Assembly: GCA_965240325.2 (NCBI GenBank)
Contig: OZ251252.1
Span: 744,001-808,000 of the forward strand
Source of the DNA: Rebecca billardiae RCC1528
Taxonomy: Eukaryota > Protista > Haptophyta
Direction of reading: 5' to 3'
Length of the DNA: 64,000 nucleotides
Positions within the stretch are counted from its first letter, which is position 1; the number at the start of each line of letters is the position of its first letter. A program made the position numbers and the translations under genes. The notes under the pieces were generated by a model. The model made no database searches. It was given only the letters and a program-made list of their open reading frames with translations, and was not told the origin of the DNA. Shown here in pieces: positions 11,164-24,759 of this stretch.

Positions 11164-11664
11164 GGGTCTGCGCGCCGTGCGCAAGCGGGGTGCGTGCAGA
11201 CGAGGCGGCGCCGCCGAGGGACGCGTCAGGCGGTCGAGATGCCGCTTGGGCGGCGTGATGCTTCGGTGCGTCCGGAGCCAGTCGTCCCCGCTGGAGCTGC
11301 AACGGGCGCGCGGCGGTTCCCGAAGCTGGGTTCGTATTCGGCGCGTCAAAACGTCAACGCGAGGAGGCACGCTATTAGCCCTTTTTGAGCGGGGCACGCA
11401 CCCCACAAGCCGCAGTCGCCGCTCGCCACACCGCAACGCGCGGGGCAGCCAAGGGCCGTAGCGACGCTTCGAGCTATGGCCGAGGCTCACGAGACGTTAC
11501 ATATGGCTTGATTAACACAAAAGCGCGAACCGATACAGCCCGCGCCTATTCATCCTTTAGATAGATCAAACGGCCGCATTTCTCTGCCTCCAGTGGGCAG
11601 TGGCGTTCGCCCTGCAACCAACCGGTTGGCCCGCCCCGTCTTGGGCGTGGCCGCGCCCGCGCGC

Positions 11665-14600
11665 TCAGATGAGCGTGGCGAGCTGCGCGCGCATGGTCGC
11701 GCGGCCGCGCGTCAGCCGGCCCACCACGTCGCGCGCCTCGGCGCCGCCCGCCTCGACCCACGCGCGCCAGCCGCGCGTCGCCGCGCGCAGCTCTCGCGCG
11801 CGGCGCCGCGCCGTGCTGCCGCGCCGAGGCAGCGCCGCGGCGAGCAGCGCCCGCATCTCGTCGGCGGGCGGCGGCGCGGCGGCGTCGCGCCCGGTGCGAC
11901 GCAGCGGATCCGCGCTGCTCTCGCCCACCAGCGCCAGCGCGTGCTTCGTCAGCCGCGGCCGGCGCGAGAAGGCTACGCCGCGCCACAGCCGCACCGCGTC
12001 GCGCGCGCGCCGTTCGCCCCACGGGCTGAGCGCCGGCCGCAGCGGCTGCGCGAGGGCGCGGGCGGGCCTGGCTGCGGTGCTGCCGCGCGCCCCGCCGCCC
12101 GTCGCGCCGCCGCTCGCACCGCCGCCCGTGCCGCCTCCGCCACCGGCGGCGGCCGCGCGCCGCGCGCGCCTGTCCACAAGCCAAGAGCGAACGCGCGCCG
12201 CCTCGCGCGCGCGCTGTGCCGCCGTCGGGCGCAGCGCGGCGCGCCACGCGCCGAGCGCGAGCGCGCGTGCCTCGGCCTCGCGCCGCTGCGCAGCGCCGAG
12301 CAGCCCGCCGCCGCGCCCCACGCCCACCGAGCTCGACCGCCGGAGCGCGCGCTCCAGCCGCCACCGATGAGACACAGAGCCTCGGCGCTCGGCCGCGGCG
12401 GCGACTGCCGCGGCGGCGCGGCGCGTCGCGGCCGCGCCGAGCGCCCAGCCGTGCAGCCCGTGGGCCTGGCGCCAGCGCGACGTGCGCATGCTGTCCAGCA
12501 CCACGATGGCCGCCACGAGCGCCGCCGGACTCCGTGCCGCCGCGCGCCGGCGCCACCGCACGACGCTCGCGCCGAGATTGCAATCTCGCGCGGCCGCGCG
12601 GCCGCGCGCCGCGCGCCAGCGGCGCGCGGCGGCGGCGGCGGCGGCGCGCGTGCGCGCGCACGCCGGGGCGGCCACCGCGGTCGCCGCGGCCTCGGCGGGC
12701 GCGGGCGCGGGCGCTGCCTCGGCCGCCGGCGCGGCGCCGCGGGGCCGCGGCTGCGCGGCGGCCACGCCCATCGCCGCCACCGTCGCGAGCCGCTGCGCGG
12801 CGCGCAGCGCTCGCAGCGCGGCGCGACACGCCGCGCGGCGCCGCGCGGCGCGCACCGCCGCGGCCGCGCGCCGCGCGGCCGCTGCCGCGCGCCACACGCC
12901 GAGCGCCGCCGCCGTCTCCTCCGCGCCGCGCCGCCGCATCGCGAGCGCCGCGCGCGCCGCGGCGGCGCGCGCGGCGCGCGCCTCCGACCAGCCCAGCCCA
13001 TCAGAGCTGTGGGCGCCCTCGGCCGAGGGCGCGGCGGCGTCGGCCGACGTCCGGAGCGGCGCCGCGGCACGCGCGCCGGCGGCGCCGCCGGTGGCGGTCG
13101 CGCGCGCGGAGGCGGACGCGGCGGCGGCGGCGGCGGCGACGGTGGTCGCGCTGCCGCCCTCGCTGGCGCGGCGCGCGGCGACGGCCGCGCGCGCGGCCGC
13201 GGCGCGCGCCGCGCGCTGCTCGGACCAACTGGCGCCGTCGGCGCCGGCGGGGTCGGCGGAGGAGGACGCGGCGGCGTCGAAGGATGCACGCAGCGAGCTG
13301 GCGCGCGCGCGCGGCTGCCGCGCGCCGCCGACGCCGCCGGCCACGCTGCCGCCGCCGACGGCGGCGGCGGCGGCGGGCGGCGGCGGGCGCGCCGCGGGGA
13401 GTGCCGCGCGCGGCGGCGGCGTCGCGCCCGCGCGCAGTGCGCCGGCGACCATCCGCCGGAGACTGGTGGGCCCGACGGGCGACTGCTGCTGCAGCGCCGC
13501 CGCGCGCCCCACAGCGTCGGAGACGGCCGCGGCCGCCACCGCGGCGGTTGCGGCGGTCGCGACCGCGCCGCCTCCCTCGCTCGCGCGCCGCGCCGCCACC
13601 GCCGCGCGCGCCGCCGCCAGCCGCGCCGAGCGCTGCTCTGACCAGCTCGCGCCGTCGGCGGAGGCGGCGGCGGAGGTGACGGAGGCGGTGGAGGAGCGCG
13701 CCGAGCCGCCACGCTCGCGCGGCGCGCATGCCGAGCCGCCGCCGCCGGCGTCGCCGCCGCCCGCGCCAGCGCGCGATGCGCTGATGGCGGCGGCGGTCGC
13801 GGCGGGCGGCGCGGCGGGCGCGGCGGCGTCGGCGTCGGTGTTGGTGTCGGCGCCGCGCGCCGCGCCGCCGCCCTCGCTGCCACGGCGCACCGCGCCCGAA
13901 GCGCGCGCCGCGGCCGCGCGCGCGCTACGCTGCGCCGCCCAGCCCCGCCCGTCCGCGGCAGCGTCGGCGGCGTCGGCGTCGGCGGCCGGCGCGCGCGCCG
14001 CGCCACGCGCTGACATCGCGCCGCCGCGCGAGCCGCTGTCGTTCTCGACTGCGGTCCTCGTCGTCCCAGCGCGGCGCCTCAGTGTCACTGAGACGACTGC
14101 GGCGGGGACGACTGCGGAGCCGCTATCGTTCTCGTCCTCCCGGCGCGGAGCTTCCGTGTCATTGCTGCCCGCGGCGCCGAAGGCTGCCGCGGCCGCGTGC
14201 GACGGCTCGGCCGCACGCCCGCCGGCCGCCGCCGACGCCGCCGCCGCCGACTGGCGCAGCGACGCCGCAGCCCGGCCGTGCGGCGGCGAGGCGGCGGCGG
14301 CGTCGGCGTCGGCGGCGTAGGCGGCGGCGGCGGCGTCGGCGGCGCCTGAGGATCGGGTGAGTGCGCGCGTGGCCGCGCGCGCGACCCGCTCGCGCAGCAC
14401 GGCCACGCTCGGGCGGCGCGAGTCCTGCGACTTCCACGAGCCGCCGAGGCTGCCTCCGAGGCTGCCTCCACCGCTGCCCTCGCCGCCGCCATCGTCGGCG
14501 GCGCCGTCGTCGTCGTCGGCGGCAGCAGTAGCAGCAGCAGGGTCAAACGTCGTTGCAAGCGCCCAGGCATGGAAGGAGTGAGCGTGCCACCACCACGCGC

Positions 14601-17600
14601 CGCGCACGCGGCGCAGCGCGCCCTCCGCCTCGTCCCACTTGCGCGCGCTCACCGCCGCCGCGCGCCGCCGCCACAGCCGCAGCGCGGCGGGCGCGCCGTC
14701 CGCGCCCGCGCCGGCGGCGGGGCGGCGCGGCCCGCGCGCGCGCGCCGTGGCCCAGCGCGCGCGCCAGCGGCGCGCGGCGAGTGCTGCGCCTGCGCGCGTG
14801 CGCGCAGACGGGGCAGCTGCGGCCGCGTCGGCGCCCGCCGCGCCGTGCTCGTCGGACGGCGGCGGCGGCTCGCACGCGGCGGCTTCAGCGGCGCGCGCGC
14901 ACGCGCGCCGCTGCGCGCGTGCCCACGCGCGCAGCGCGGCGCGCGCGCCGCCGCGCCGGCTGCGCGCGGCGAGGCGCGCGGCCGCGGCGCGCGCAGCGCG
15001 CTGCTGCCGCCAGCCGGCACCATCGTCGGCGAGTACGCCGAGCGCCACGTCGAGCGCCTCCGCGCCCGCAGCGGACGCCGCCGACTGCGCCGAGCCCGCC
15101 GAGCCGCGCCGCGCCGCGCCCGCGCCGGCGCGCCGCCACCGCGCCACCGCCCAGCGGCGCGCCTCCGCTGCGCGCCGCGCGTCGGCCTCAGGCGCGCGCG
15201 CGGCGCCGTGGCGTTGCGCGCGCGCCCAACGCCACTCGGCGGCGCTGGCGGGGCGCGTCGCCGCGGGCGGTGCGCCCGCCGCCACGCGAGCCCCCGCACC
15301 CGCCGCCCCGGCAGCGCCCGCGCCAGCCGCGGCCGCGCAGCCAGCCGCGGCCACGCCGGCCGCGGCCGCGGCGCCGCGCGGCGCGGCGCCGGCCGCGGCC
15401 GCGGCGCCGCGCGGCGCGGCGGCGCCGCGCGGCGCGGCGGCGCCGCGCGGCGCGGCGGCGGGCTGTGCTGCGCCCGCGGCCTCCTCGAAGGGAAGGGCGG
15501 CGAGCAGGGCGTCGACGCGCGCGGCGGCGGCGGCGGCGGGCGTGGCGAGCGCGGCTGGTGCGTCGCCACGCCCGCCCGCCGCGGACGCCCGCGCCGTCGC
15601 CACCGTGCCCTCCGCCGCGGCCGCGGGCGGCGGCGCGGCCGCGGGCGGCGGCGCGGCCGCGGCCGCGGCCGCCTTAACCTCCGCCTCTGGCGGCGGCGCG
15701 GCGGGCGCGGCGCGCGCGCGGCGCGCGCGCGCGGCGGCGTGGCGGAGGGCACGCAGCGCGCCGCGCCGCCGCGCGCGCGCCGCCTCGCGCCGCCGCCGGA
15801 TCGCGTCGCGGCCGCGCGCGCCGGCGGCGCGCAGCGCGCGCAGCGTGCGCGCGGCTGCGCGCGCGGCCGCGGCCGCGGCCGCGGCGGCGCGCGCGGCGCG
15901 CGCGGCCGCGGCGGCGCGCCAGCGCTTGAGCGCGGCGCTGGCGGCGGGCGCGACCCACGCGGCGGCGGCGCGGCGCCACGCGGCGTGCGTGCGCGCCTGC
16001 GCGCCCCACGCGCGCACAGCTGCCGCCGTTGCGCGCGCCGTCGCGTGCGCACACGCGTCGGCGCGCGCGCGGCCGCGCGCCGCGCGCGCGGCGCGCGCCG
16101 CGGCCGCGGCCGCGGCGAGCGCGCGCGTCGCGCGCGCCGCGCGGCCGCGGTCGGCGCGCGCGCGCGCGTCGGCGCGGCCGGCGGTGGCGTCGCGCCAGCG
16201 AAGCAGCGCGAGAGCGGGTGCGGGCGACGTCCACTGCGCGAGCGAGCGCCGCGCGAAGACGCGCCGCCCGGCGCGCGCCGCCCAGCGGCGCAGGCCGCGG
16301 CGCGCGCGCAGCGCGGCCGCGGCGCGCGCGCGCGCGGCCGCGGCGCCGCGCGCGGCCGCGGCGTCGCGCCACGCGGCGAGGGCGGCGGCCTGGCCGGGCG
16401 TGCGCAGGCGGCCGAGCGCGCGGCGCAGCTCGGCGCGCGCAGCCGTGCGCGCCGCCCACCGCCGCACCGCCGACGCCGCGGCGCGCTGCGCGCGCACGCG
16501 CGCCACCGCGGCCGCGCCCGCGCGCACGGCCGCGGCCGCGGCGCGGCGCGCGCCGCGCCGCGCCCACGCGCGCAGCGCGCCGCGCCTCCGGCCGAGCGCG
16601 GCGGCGCGGCGGAGCGGGATGGCGTCGCGCGCGCGCGCGGCGGTGTCGCGCAGCCCGCGCAGCCCCCGCCGCGCGCGCACGCGCCGCGCCAGCGCGCACA
16701 CCGCGCGCGCATCGAGCGCGCGCGCGCGCCACCGCAGCAGCGCAGCGCTGGCGGCAGGCGACGACCACGCCGCCGCCGCGCGCCGCCACGCGGCGTGCGC
16801 GCGCGCGGCCGCGCGCCAGCGCGCGACGGCGGCGGTGGTGGCGTGCGTCGCGACGAGCTCGGAGAGCGCGTCGTGCGCGTGCGGCGCGAAGATCCGCCAG
16901 TCGCGCGCCGCGCGCGCGGCGCGCGCCCAGCGCGCGAGCGCGCGCGCGCGCCGCGCGCGCGCCGCGCGCGCCGCGCGGTCGGCCGCGCCGCGCGCCTCGG
17001 CGCGCCAGCGCGCGAGCGCGGCGGCGGGCGCGGGCGAGGCCCACTGCGCGAGCGCGCGGCGTGCGGCGACGCGCGCGGCGGCGTGCGCGGCCCAGCGGCG
17101 CACCAGCCCACGCGCCGTGCGCTCGCGCGTCAGCTCGGCCAGTGCGGCGGCGGCGGCGCGCGCCGCGGCGGCGGCGCGCCACGCGCACAGCGCGGCCGCG
17201 GGCGCGGGCGCGCGCCACGCGCCGAGCGCGCGCGCGAGCGCCGCGCGCGCGGCCGCGCGCGCGTCCCAGCGGCGCAGCGCGCGCGCCGCGTCGCGCTGCG
17301 CGCGCACGCGCCGCACCGCGCCCGCGCCCCTCGCCACGTCGCGCCTCGCCGCCGCCGCGTCGGCGGCGCGCGCGCCGCGCCGCGCCCACGCGCGCAGCGC
17401 CAGCCGCAGACGTCCCTCGCGCCCTCCGAGGCAGCGAAGCGCTTTCGTTTCGAGCGAGTCGTACGCGTGGTCGCCGAAGCGGTGGAGGAGCGCGCGGCAC
17501 GCCGAGCCGCGCCGGTGCTTCACCGCCGCGCGCGCCAGCGCCAGCTCGCTCGCGCTCGGCCGCGGCCGCGCGCCGGCGCGCGCGCCCGCGCCGCCCGCCG

Positions 17601-17798
17601 CGGCCGCGCCGCCGCCGCCGCCGCCGTCACCGCCGCCGCCGCCGCCGTCACCGCCGTCGTCGTCGACGTCGTCGTCGCTCGCGCCGGGCGAGGCGGCGGC
17701 GGCGCGCTTCGCGGCGACGGCGGCGGCGAGCGCCATCGCCTCCGCCGCCGCGTCGTCCGCCATCGCGCCGAGCTGCTCGTCGAGCGACGGCGCTGGCA

Positions 17799-17832
<34 letters not shown>

Positions 17833-20725
17833 GGCGGCCGCGTCGGCCGCGCGCCGTGCCGCGCGCGCCCACGCGCGCAGCGCGGCGCGGCGGCGCGCGC
17901 GCGCGGCCTCGCGCCGCCGCGCGATGGCGGCTCGGACGCGGTCGGCGTGGCCACGCAGCGCGCGCACGCCGCGCGCGTACGCGCCGCGCCGCGCCTGCGA
18001 CGCCACCGCGCGCCCGTCGAGCGCGCGCTCGCACCACCGCAGCAGCGCAGCGCTGGCGGCAGGCGACGACCACGCCGCCGCCGCGCGCCGCCACGCGGCG
18101 TGCGCGCGCGCGGCCGCGCGCCAGCGCGCGACGGCGGCGGTGGTGGCGTGCGTCGCGACGAGCTCGGAGAGCGCGTCGTGCGCGTGCGTCGCGAAGATCC
18201 GCCAGTCGCGCGCCGCCGCCACGCCGCCCGTCCACGCGCCGAGCGCGCGCGCGCGCCGCGCGCGCGCCGCGCGCGCCGCGCGGTCGGCCGCGCCGCGCGC
18301 CTCGGCGCGCCAGCGCGCGAGCGCGGCGGCGGGCGCGGGCGAGGCCCACTGCGCGAGCGCGCGGCGTGCGGCGACGCGCGCGGCGGCGTGCGCGGCCCAG
18401 CGGCGCACCAGCCCACGCGCCGTGCGCTCGCGCGTCAGCTCGCCCAGCGCCGCCGCCGCGGCGCGCGCCGCGGCGGCGGCGCGCCACGCGCGCAGCGCGG
18501 CCGCGGGCGCGGGCGCGCGCCACGCGCCGAGCGCGCGCGCGAGCGCCGCGCGCGCGGCCGCGCGCGCGGCCCAGCGGCGGAGCGCGCGCGCGCGCGCGGT
18601 GCGCGCGCGCACGCGCGAGACCGCCGCTGCGCCCGCGCGCACCGCCGCCGCCGCGCCCTCCGCGCGCACCGCCGCCCCGCGCCGCGCCCAGCGGCGCAGC
18701 GCGGCCGCGCGCCGGCCGCGCGCCGCGCGCCGGCGGCGCGCAATGGCCGCGGCCGCCGCGGCCGCGGCGGCGCGCAGCGCGCGCGCGCCGCGGCGGATGC
18801 GCGCGGCGGCGGCGTGCGCGGCGGCGTGCCGCGTAGACACGGCGTGCGCGCGCCACGCGGCCAGCGCGGCGCTCGCCGCCGGCGCGACCCACGCCGCCGC
18901 CGCGCGGCGCCACGCCGCGTGCGCGCGCGCCTGCGCCGCCCACGCCGCCACCGCGGCCGCGGCGGCGCGCGCCGCGGCCGCGGCCGCCGCGGCCGCGCCG
19001 CGCGCGCGCGCGCCGCGCCGCGCGGCGGCGGCGGCGTGCAGCCGCGCGCACGCGCGCGCGAGCCGCGCGCGGCGCGTCGTCGAGCCCAGCGCCGCGTGCT
19101 CGCACGCCGCGCCGCGCCGCTCGCGCCAGCGACCGAACGCCGCGGCGGCCGCCGGCGCCACCCAGCGCGCGACGCTGCGGCGCGCGGCGGCGCGCGCGCG
19201 CGGCGCGCGCGCCCACGCGCGCAGCGCGGCGCGCAGCGCGGCGGCATGCACGGCGGCGGTCGCGGTGGCGGTCGCGGCGCGCGCGAGCACGGCGGCGTGC
19301 CACGTGCCCAGCGCGCGCGCAGGCCCCGGCGCGCGCCACGCGCGCACGGCGCGCGCCATCGCGCCAAGCGCGACCGCGCGCGCCGCCCAGCGGCGCAGCG
19401 CGCGCGCGCCGCGCCGCTGCGCGCGCACGCGCCGCACCGCGGCCGCGCCCGCGCGCACGGCGGCGGCGGCGCGCGCGGCGGCGGCGTCGCGCGCCCAGGC
19501 GCGCAGCGCGCGGCGGCGCGCGCAGCGCGCGCTCCGCCGCCGCCGCGCGATCGCCTCGCGCGCCGCCGCCGCCGCCGCGCCGAGCGCGCGCAGCGCGCGG
19601 CGGCGCGCGCGCCGCGCCGCGTGCGCGCGCGGCGCGCGCGCGGCCGCGGCGCGCGCGGCCGCGGCGGCGCGCCAGCGCGCGAGCGCGGCGGCGGCGGCGG
19701 GCGCGACCCACGCGGCGGCGGTGCGGCGCCACGCGGCGTGCGCGCGCGCCTGCGCGCGCCACGCGCGCACAGCCGCGCCCGTGCCCCGCGCGGCCGCCGC
19801 CGCGCGCACCGCCGCGGCGGCGCGCGCCGCGCCGCGCGCGGCCGCGCCGCGGCCGCGCGCGGCCGCCGCCCAGCGGCGCAGCGGCGCGGCGCGCGCGGCG
19901 ATGGCGGCGGCGGCGGCGAGGCGCGCGGCGGGCGCGCGGCGCGCGGCGGCGCGGCGCCAGCGCGCGAGCGCTGACGCGCGCGCGGGCGTCACCAGCGTCG
20001 CGAGCGAGCGCCGCGCGTGCACGCGCGGCGCCGCGCGCGCCGCCCAGCGGCGCAGCGCGGCGCGCGCCGCGCGCGCGTCCGCGGCCGCGGCCGCGGCCGC
20101 GGCCGCGCGCGCCGCGGCCACGGCGCCGGCCCACGCGCCGAGCGCGCGCGCCGCGCCGGGCGCGCGCATGCGGCGCAGCGCGCGCGCCACCGTCGCGCGC
20201 GCGCCCGCGCGCGCCGCCCAGCGCCGCAGCGCACCGGCGCACCGGCGCGCGCCGCGCGCGCGCCGCACCGCGGCGGCCGCGCGCCGCGCGCCGCGCCGCG
20301 CGGCCGCCGCGGCCACGCCCGCCGCCCACGCGCGCCAGCCGGCGGCGAGCGCGGCGCCGCCGCCCGCGGCGCGCAGCGCGCGCGCGCGCGCGCGCGCGTC
20401 GGCGTTCTCCGCCGCGCGGCCGAGCAGCGCGCGCGACACCGACGCGCGCCTGTGCGCCGCCGCGAGCGCCGCCAGCGCGGCCGTCGGCGGCGCCGGGTGG
20501 CTCAGAATCTCGCCAACGCCGAGATCGCAAATCTCGGCGCCGAGATCGCAAATCTCGGCGGCGAGATCGCGCGGCTCGGCGGCGAGATCGGGCGGCAGCT
20601 CGCGCGGCTCGGCGCCGAGCTCGCGCGGCTCGGACCCGCGATCGGCGCCGAGCTCGGCGGGCGCGGCGTGCGCGGCCTCGCCGCCGCCGTCCGCGGCCGC
20701 GCCCGCGGCCGCGTCGGCGGCGTCC

Positions 20726-20766
<41 letters not shown>

Positions 20767-23700
20767 CGCCATGGCGGAGTGGCCGCACGCGGCGGCGGCG
20801 GCGGCGGCGGCTGCGGCGGAGGCGGAGGAGATGCGCGGCGTGGGCGGGAGCGAGGGCAGCACGCGCCCCGCGCCGGCGGAGGACACGCGCGGCGTGGGCG
20901 GCAGCGAGGGCAGCGTGCGCGCCGCCGGCGGCGCGCCGCCGGCTCGCGAATGCCGCGGCGTCGGCGGCAGCGCTGGCAGCGGCGGCGGCGGCGGCGGCGC
21001 GCCGCCCGGCGGCGGCGGCGGGGTCGGCGTGTGCGCGGGCGGAGATGTGCGCGGCGGCAGCGGGCGCCAGCGCGATGCGCGCCGCGCGGCCGCGGCGCGC
21101 GCCCACGCGCGCACCGCGCCGCGCCGCCAGCCGAGCGCCGCGGCGCGGCGGCGCGCGACGGCGGCGCGGCAACGAGCCGCGCGGCCGCGCAGCGCGCGCA
21201 GCGCGCGCGCGCACGCGGCGGCGCGCGCGGCCGCGGCGAGCGCGCGCGGCGGCACGGCGGCGGCGTTGCGCCAGGTGGCGAGCGCGGTGCTGGCGGCGGG
21301 CGCGACCCACGCCGCCGCCGCGCGGCGCCACGCCGCGTGCGCGCGCGCCTGCGCACCCCACGCCGCCACCGCGGCCGCGGCGGCGCGCGCCGCGGCGTGC
21401 GCCGCCGCCACGCGGCCGCAGGCCGCGCCATAGCGCCTGCCGAGCGCGGCGGTGGCGCGGCGGCGGAGGCGCGCGAGCGCGAGGGCGCGCGAGGCGCGCG
21501 CGGTGGCGCGCGGGCCGGCGCGCGAGCGCGCCGCCGCGTGCGCGCGCCACGCGTCCATCGCGAGCGCGGGCGCGGGCGACGCCCAGTGCGCCAGCGAGCG
21601 CCGAGCGCGCGCGCGCCGCCGGCCGCGCGCGCGCCAGCGGCGCAGCGCGGCGCGCGCGCCGCAGCCGCGCGCGACGCGCGCGATGGTGGCGGCGGCGCGG
21701 CCCGCGGCGGCGGCGGCGCGCCACGTGCCGAGCGCGCGCGCGGGCCCCGGCGCGCGCAGCCGGCCCAGCGCGCGGCGCAGCTCGGCGCGCGCCGCCGTGC
21801 GCGCCGCCCAGCGGCGCAGCGCGCGCGCGGTGCGCCGCTGCGCGCGCACGCGCCGCACCGCGGCCGCGCCCGCGCGCACGCGCCGCGCAGCGGCGCGCGC
21901 GGCGGCGGCGAGGCGCCAGCGGCGCATGGGCGCGCGCAGCGCGCCGCTCTCGGCGAGCGAGGCCATCAGCGCGGCGGTGAGCCACGCCGCGTTGTGCGCG
22001 GCGAGCCGCGCGAACACCGGCCGGCACGCCGTGCGCCGCGCGTGCGCCGCCGCCGCGCCGGCGAGCGCGCACGCGCACGCGCGCGCGCCGCGCCAGCGCG
22101 CGAGCGCGGCCGCGGCCGCGGGCGCGCGCCAGCGCGCGAGCGCGCGGCGCGCGGCGGCGCGCGGCGCGGCGCGGCCCGACCAGCCGCGCAGCGCGGCGCG
22201 CAGCGTCGCGCCGCGAGCCACGCGCGCGATCGTCGCCGCGGCGCGCGCGCCCGCCGCCGCCGCGCGCCACGCGCGCAGCGCGGCCGCGGGCGCGGGCGCG
22301 CGCCACGCGCCGAGCGCGCGCGCGAGCGCCGCGCGCGCGGCCGCGCGCGCGGCCCAGCGACCCAGCGCAAGCGCGGCGGCGCGCTGCGCGCGCACGCGCG
22401 TGACGGCGGCAGCGCCGGCGGGCACGGCCTCCTCCGCGCGCGCGCGCGCCGCGCCGCGCGCCCACGCGCGCACCGCGGCCGCGCGCCGGCCGCGCGCCGC
22501 GCGCCGGCGGCGCGCAATGGCCGCGGCCGCCGCGGCCGCGCCCGCCGCGCCCGCGCGCAGCGCGCGCGCGCAGCGCGCGCGGCGCGCCGTGGCGGCGTGC
22601 GCCGCGTTGGCGCGCGCGTCGAGCGCGCGCTCGCACCAGCGCAGCAGCGCGGCGCTCGCCGCCGGCGCGACCCACGCCGCCGCCGCGCGCCGCCACGCCG
22701 CGTGCGCGCGCGCCTGCGCCGCCCACGCCGCCACCGCCGCGCCGGCGGCGCGCGCCGCGGCCGCGGCCGCGGCCGCGGCGCGCGCGCGCCACGCCGCGCG
22801 CGCGCCGCGTGGCGCACGCCGCCGCGGCCGCGGCGAAGGCGCGCAGCGCGCGCGCGCGCGCCGCACCCCGCGCCTCCGCCGCGCGCTCCGCCGCCGCCGC
22901 CACGCGCGCCACGCCGCCGCGCCACCGCGCCACCGCCGCCGCCGTCGCCGGCGCCGCCCAGCGCGCGAGCGCGCGCCGCGCGCGCGTGCGCGCGCGCGCG
23001 CCCCCGCCCCAGCGGCGCAGCGCGGCGCGCGCGACGCAGCCGCGCGCGACGCGCGCGATGGTGGCGGCGGCGCGCGAAGCGTCCGCCGCGTCGCGCCACG
23101 TGCCCAGCGCCGCCGCCGCCGTCGGCGCGCGCCACGCGCGCACGGCGCGCTCCATCGCGCCGCGCGCGGCCGCGCGCGCCGCCCAGCGGCGCAGCGCGCG
23201 CGCGCCGCGCCGCTGCGCGCGCACGCGCCGCACCGCGGCCGCGCCCGCGCGCACGGCGGCGGCCTCGTCGGCCGACGGCGCGCGCGCGGCGACGAGCGCC
23301 CACGCGCGCAGCCCGAGCCGCCGCCGCGCGTCCGCCGCGCGCCGCCGCCGCGCCACCGCCGCGTGCGCCGCGGCCGCGGCGCGCCGCAGCGCGCGCAGCG
23401 CGGCGCGCCGCGCGAGCGCCGCCGCGCCCGACGCGGCGAAGCGCGCGGCGTGCGCGCGGTCCCACCAGCGGCTGAGCGCGGCGCTCGCGGCGGGCGAGAC
23501 CCACGCCGCCGCCGCGCGGCGCCACGCCGCGTGCGCCCGCGCCTGCGCGCCCCAGCGCCCGACGGCGGCCGCGGCGGCGCGCGCGGCGCGGCGCGCGCGC
23601 GCCGCGTCCGCGGCGCGCGCGACGCGCGCGCGCGCGCGCGCGCGCGCGCCTCCGCGGCGCGCAGCCCGCGGCCGAGCCGCAGGGCGCGCGCGCACGCCGC

Positions 23701-24718
23701 GGCAGCATCCGAGCTGTCGGCCGCCTCCGCCGCGCGGCCGCGCCACCGCGCCACCGCCGCGGCGGCCGCCGGCGCAACCCAGCGCGCGAGCGAGCGCCGC
23801 GCGCGCGCGCGCGCGCGCGCGCCTCCGCCCCAGCGGCGCAGCGCGGCGCGCGCGACGCAGCCGTGCGCGACGCGCGCGATGGTGGCGGCGGCGCGCGAAG
23901 CGTCGGCCGCGTCGCGCCACGTGCCCAGCGCCGCCGCCGCCGTCGGCGCGCGCCACGCGCGCACGGCGCGCGCCATCGCGCCGCGCGCGGCCGCGCGCGC
24001 CGCCCAGCGGCGCAGCGCGCGCGCGCCGCGCCGCTGCGCGCGCACGCGCCGCACCGCTGCCGCGCCCGCGCGCACGCGGCGCGCGGCGCTGCGCGCCGGC
24101 GCGCGCGCGCGCCAGGCGCGCAGCGCGTCGCGCCGCGCGGCACGCGCGCCGACGTCCGCCGCCACCGCCTCGGCGGCCGCCATGACCGCCGCGCCGCGCA
24201 GCGCACGCAGCGCCGCGGCCGTGCCGCGCGCGCCCGCCGCGTCGCGCGCCGCGACGGCGGCGGCCGCGGCGCGCGCCGCGCCGCGCCACGCGCCGAGCGC
24301 GCGCCGCTCGGCCAAAGCCGCGGCCGCGCCCATTTGCGCGCGCAGAGCGGCGAGCTCGGCGCGCGCCCGGCCGTAGCGGGCGCCGCGCGCGAGGCGGCGC
24401 AGCGCGCGCGCGGCGCGCACGCGCGCCGCGCACGCCGCGAGCCGCCGCGCGCGCGCCTCCGCGCCGGCCCAAACGTGCATGGCCAGCAGAGCGGCGCCGA
24501 GCGCGCGCGGCGGCGCGCCGGGCGCGCGGCCGCCGCGCGCCGCCGCGGCCGCGCGCGCTCGCGGCACAAGGGGCTGCGCGCACGCGGCCGCGCCGGCAGC
24601 GCCTGCCGCGACGCCGCCGGCGCGGGGGCCAGTAAAGCTGCTGCCGCCGTCGAGCGACGACGCGTACTCGTCAGAGGAGGAGGAGGGCAGCAGCGGCGGC
24701 GACGGCGGGCCGTTCTGA

Positions 24719-24759
<41 letters not shown>

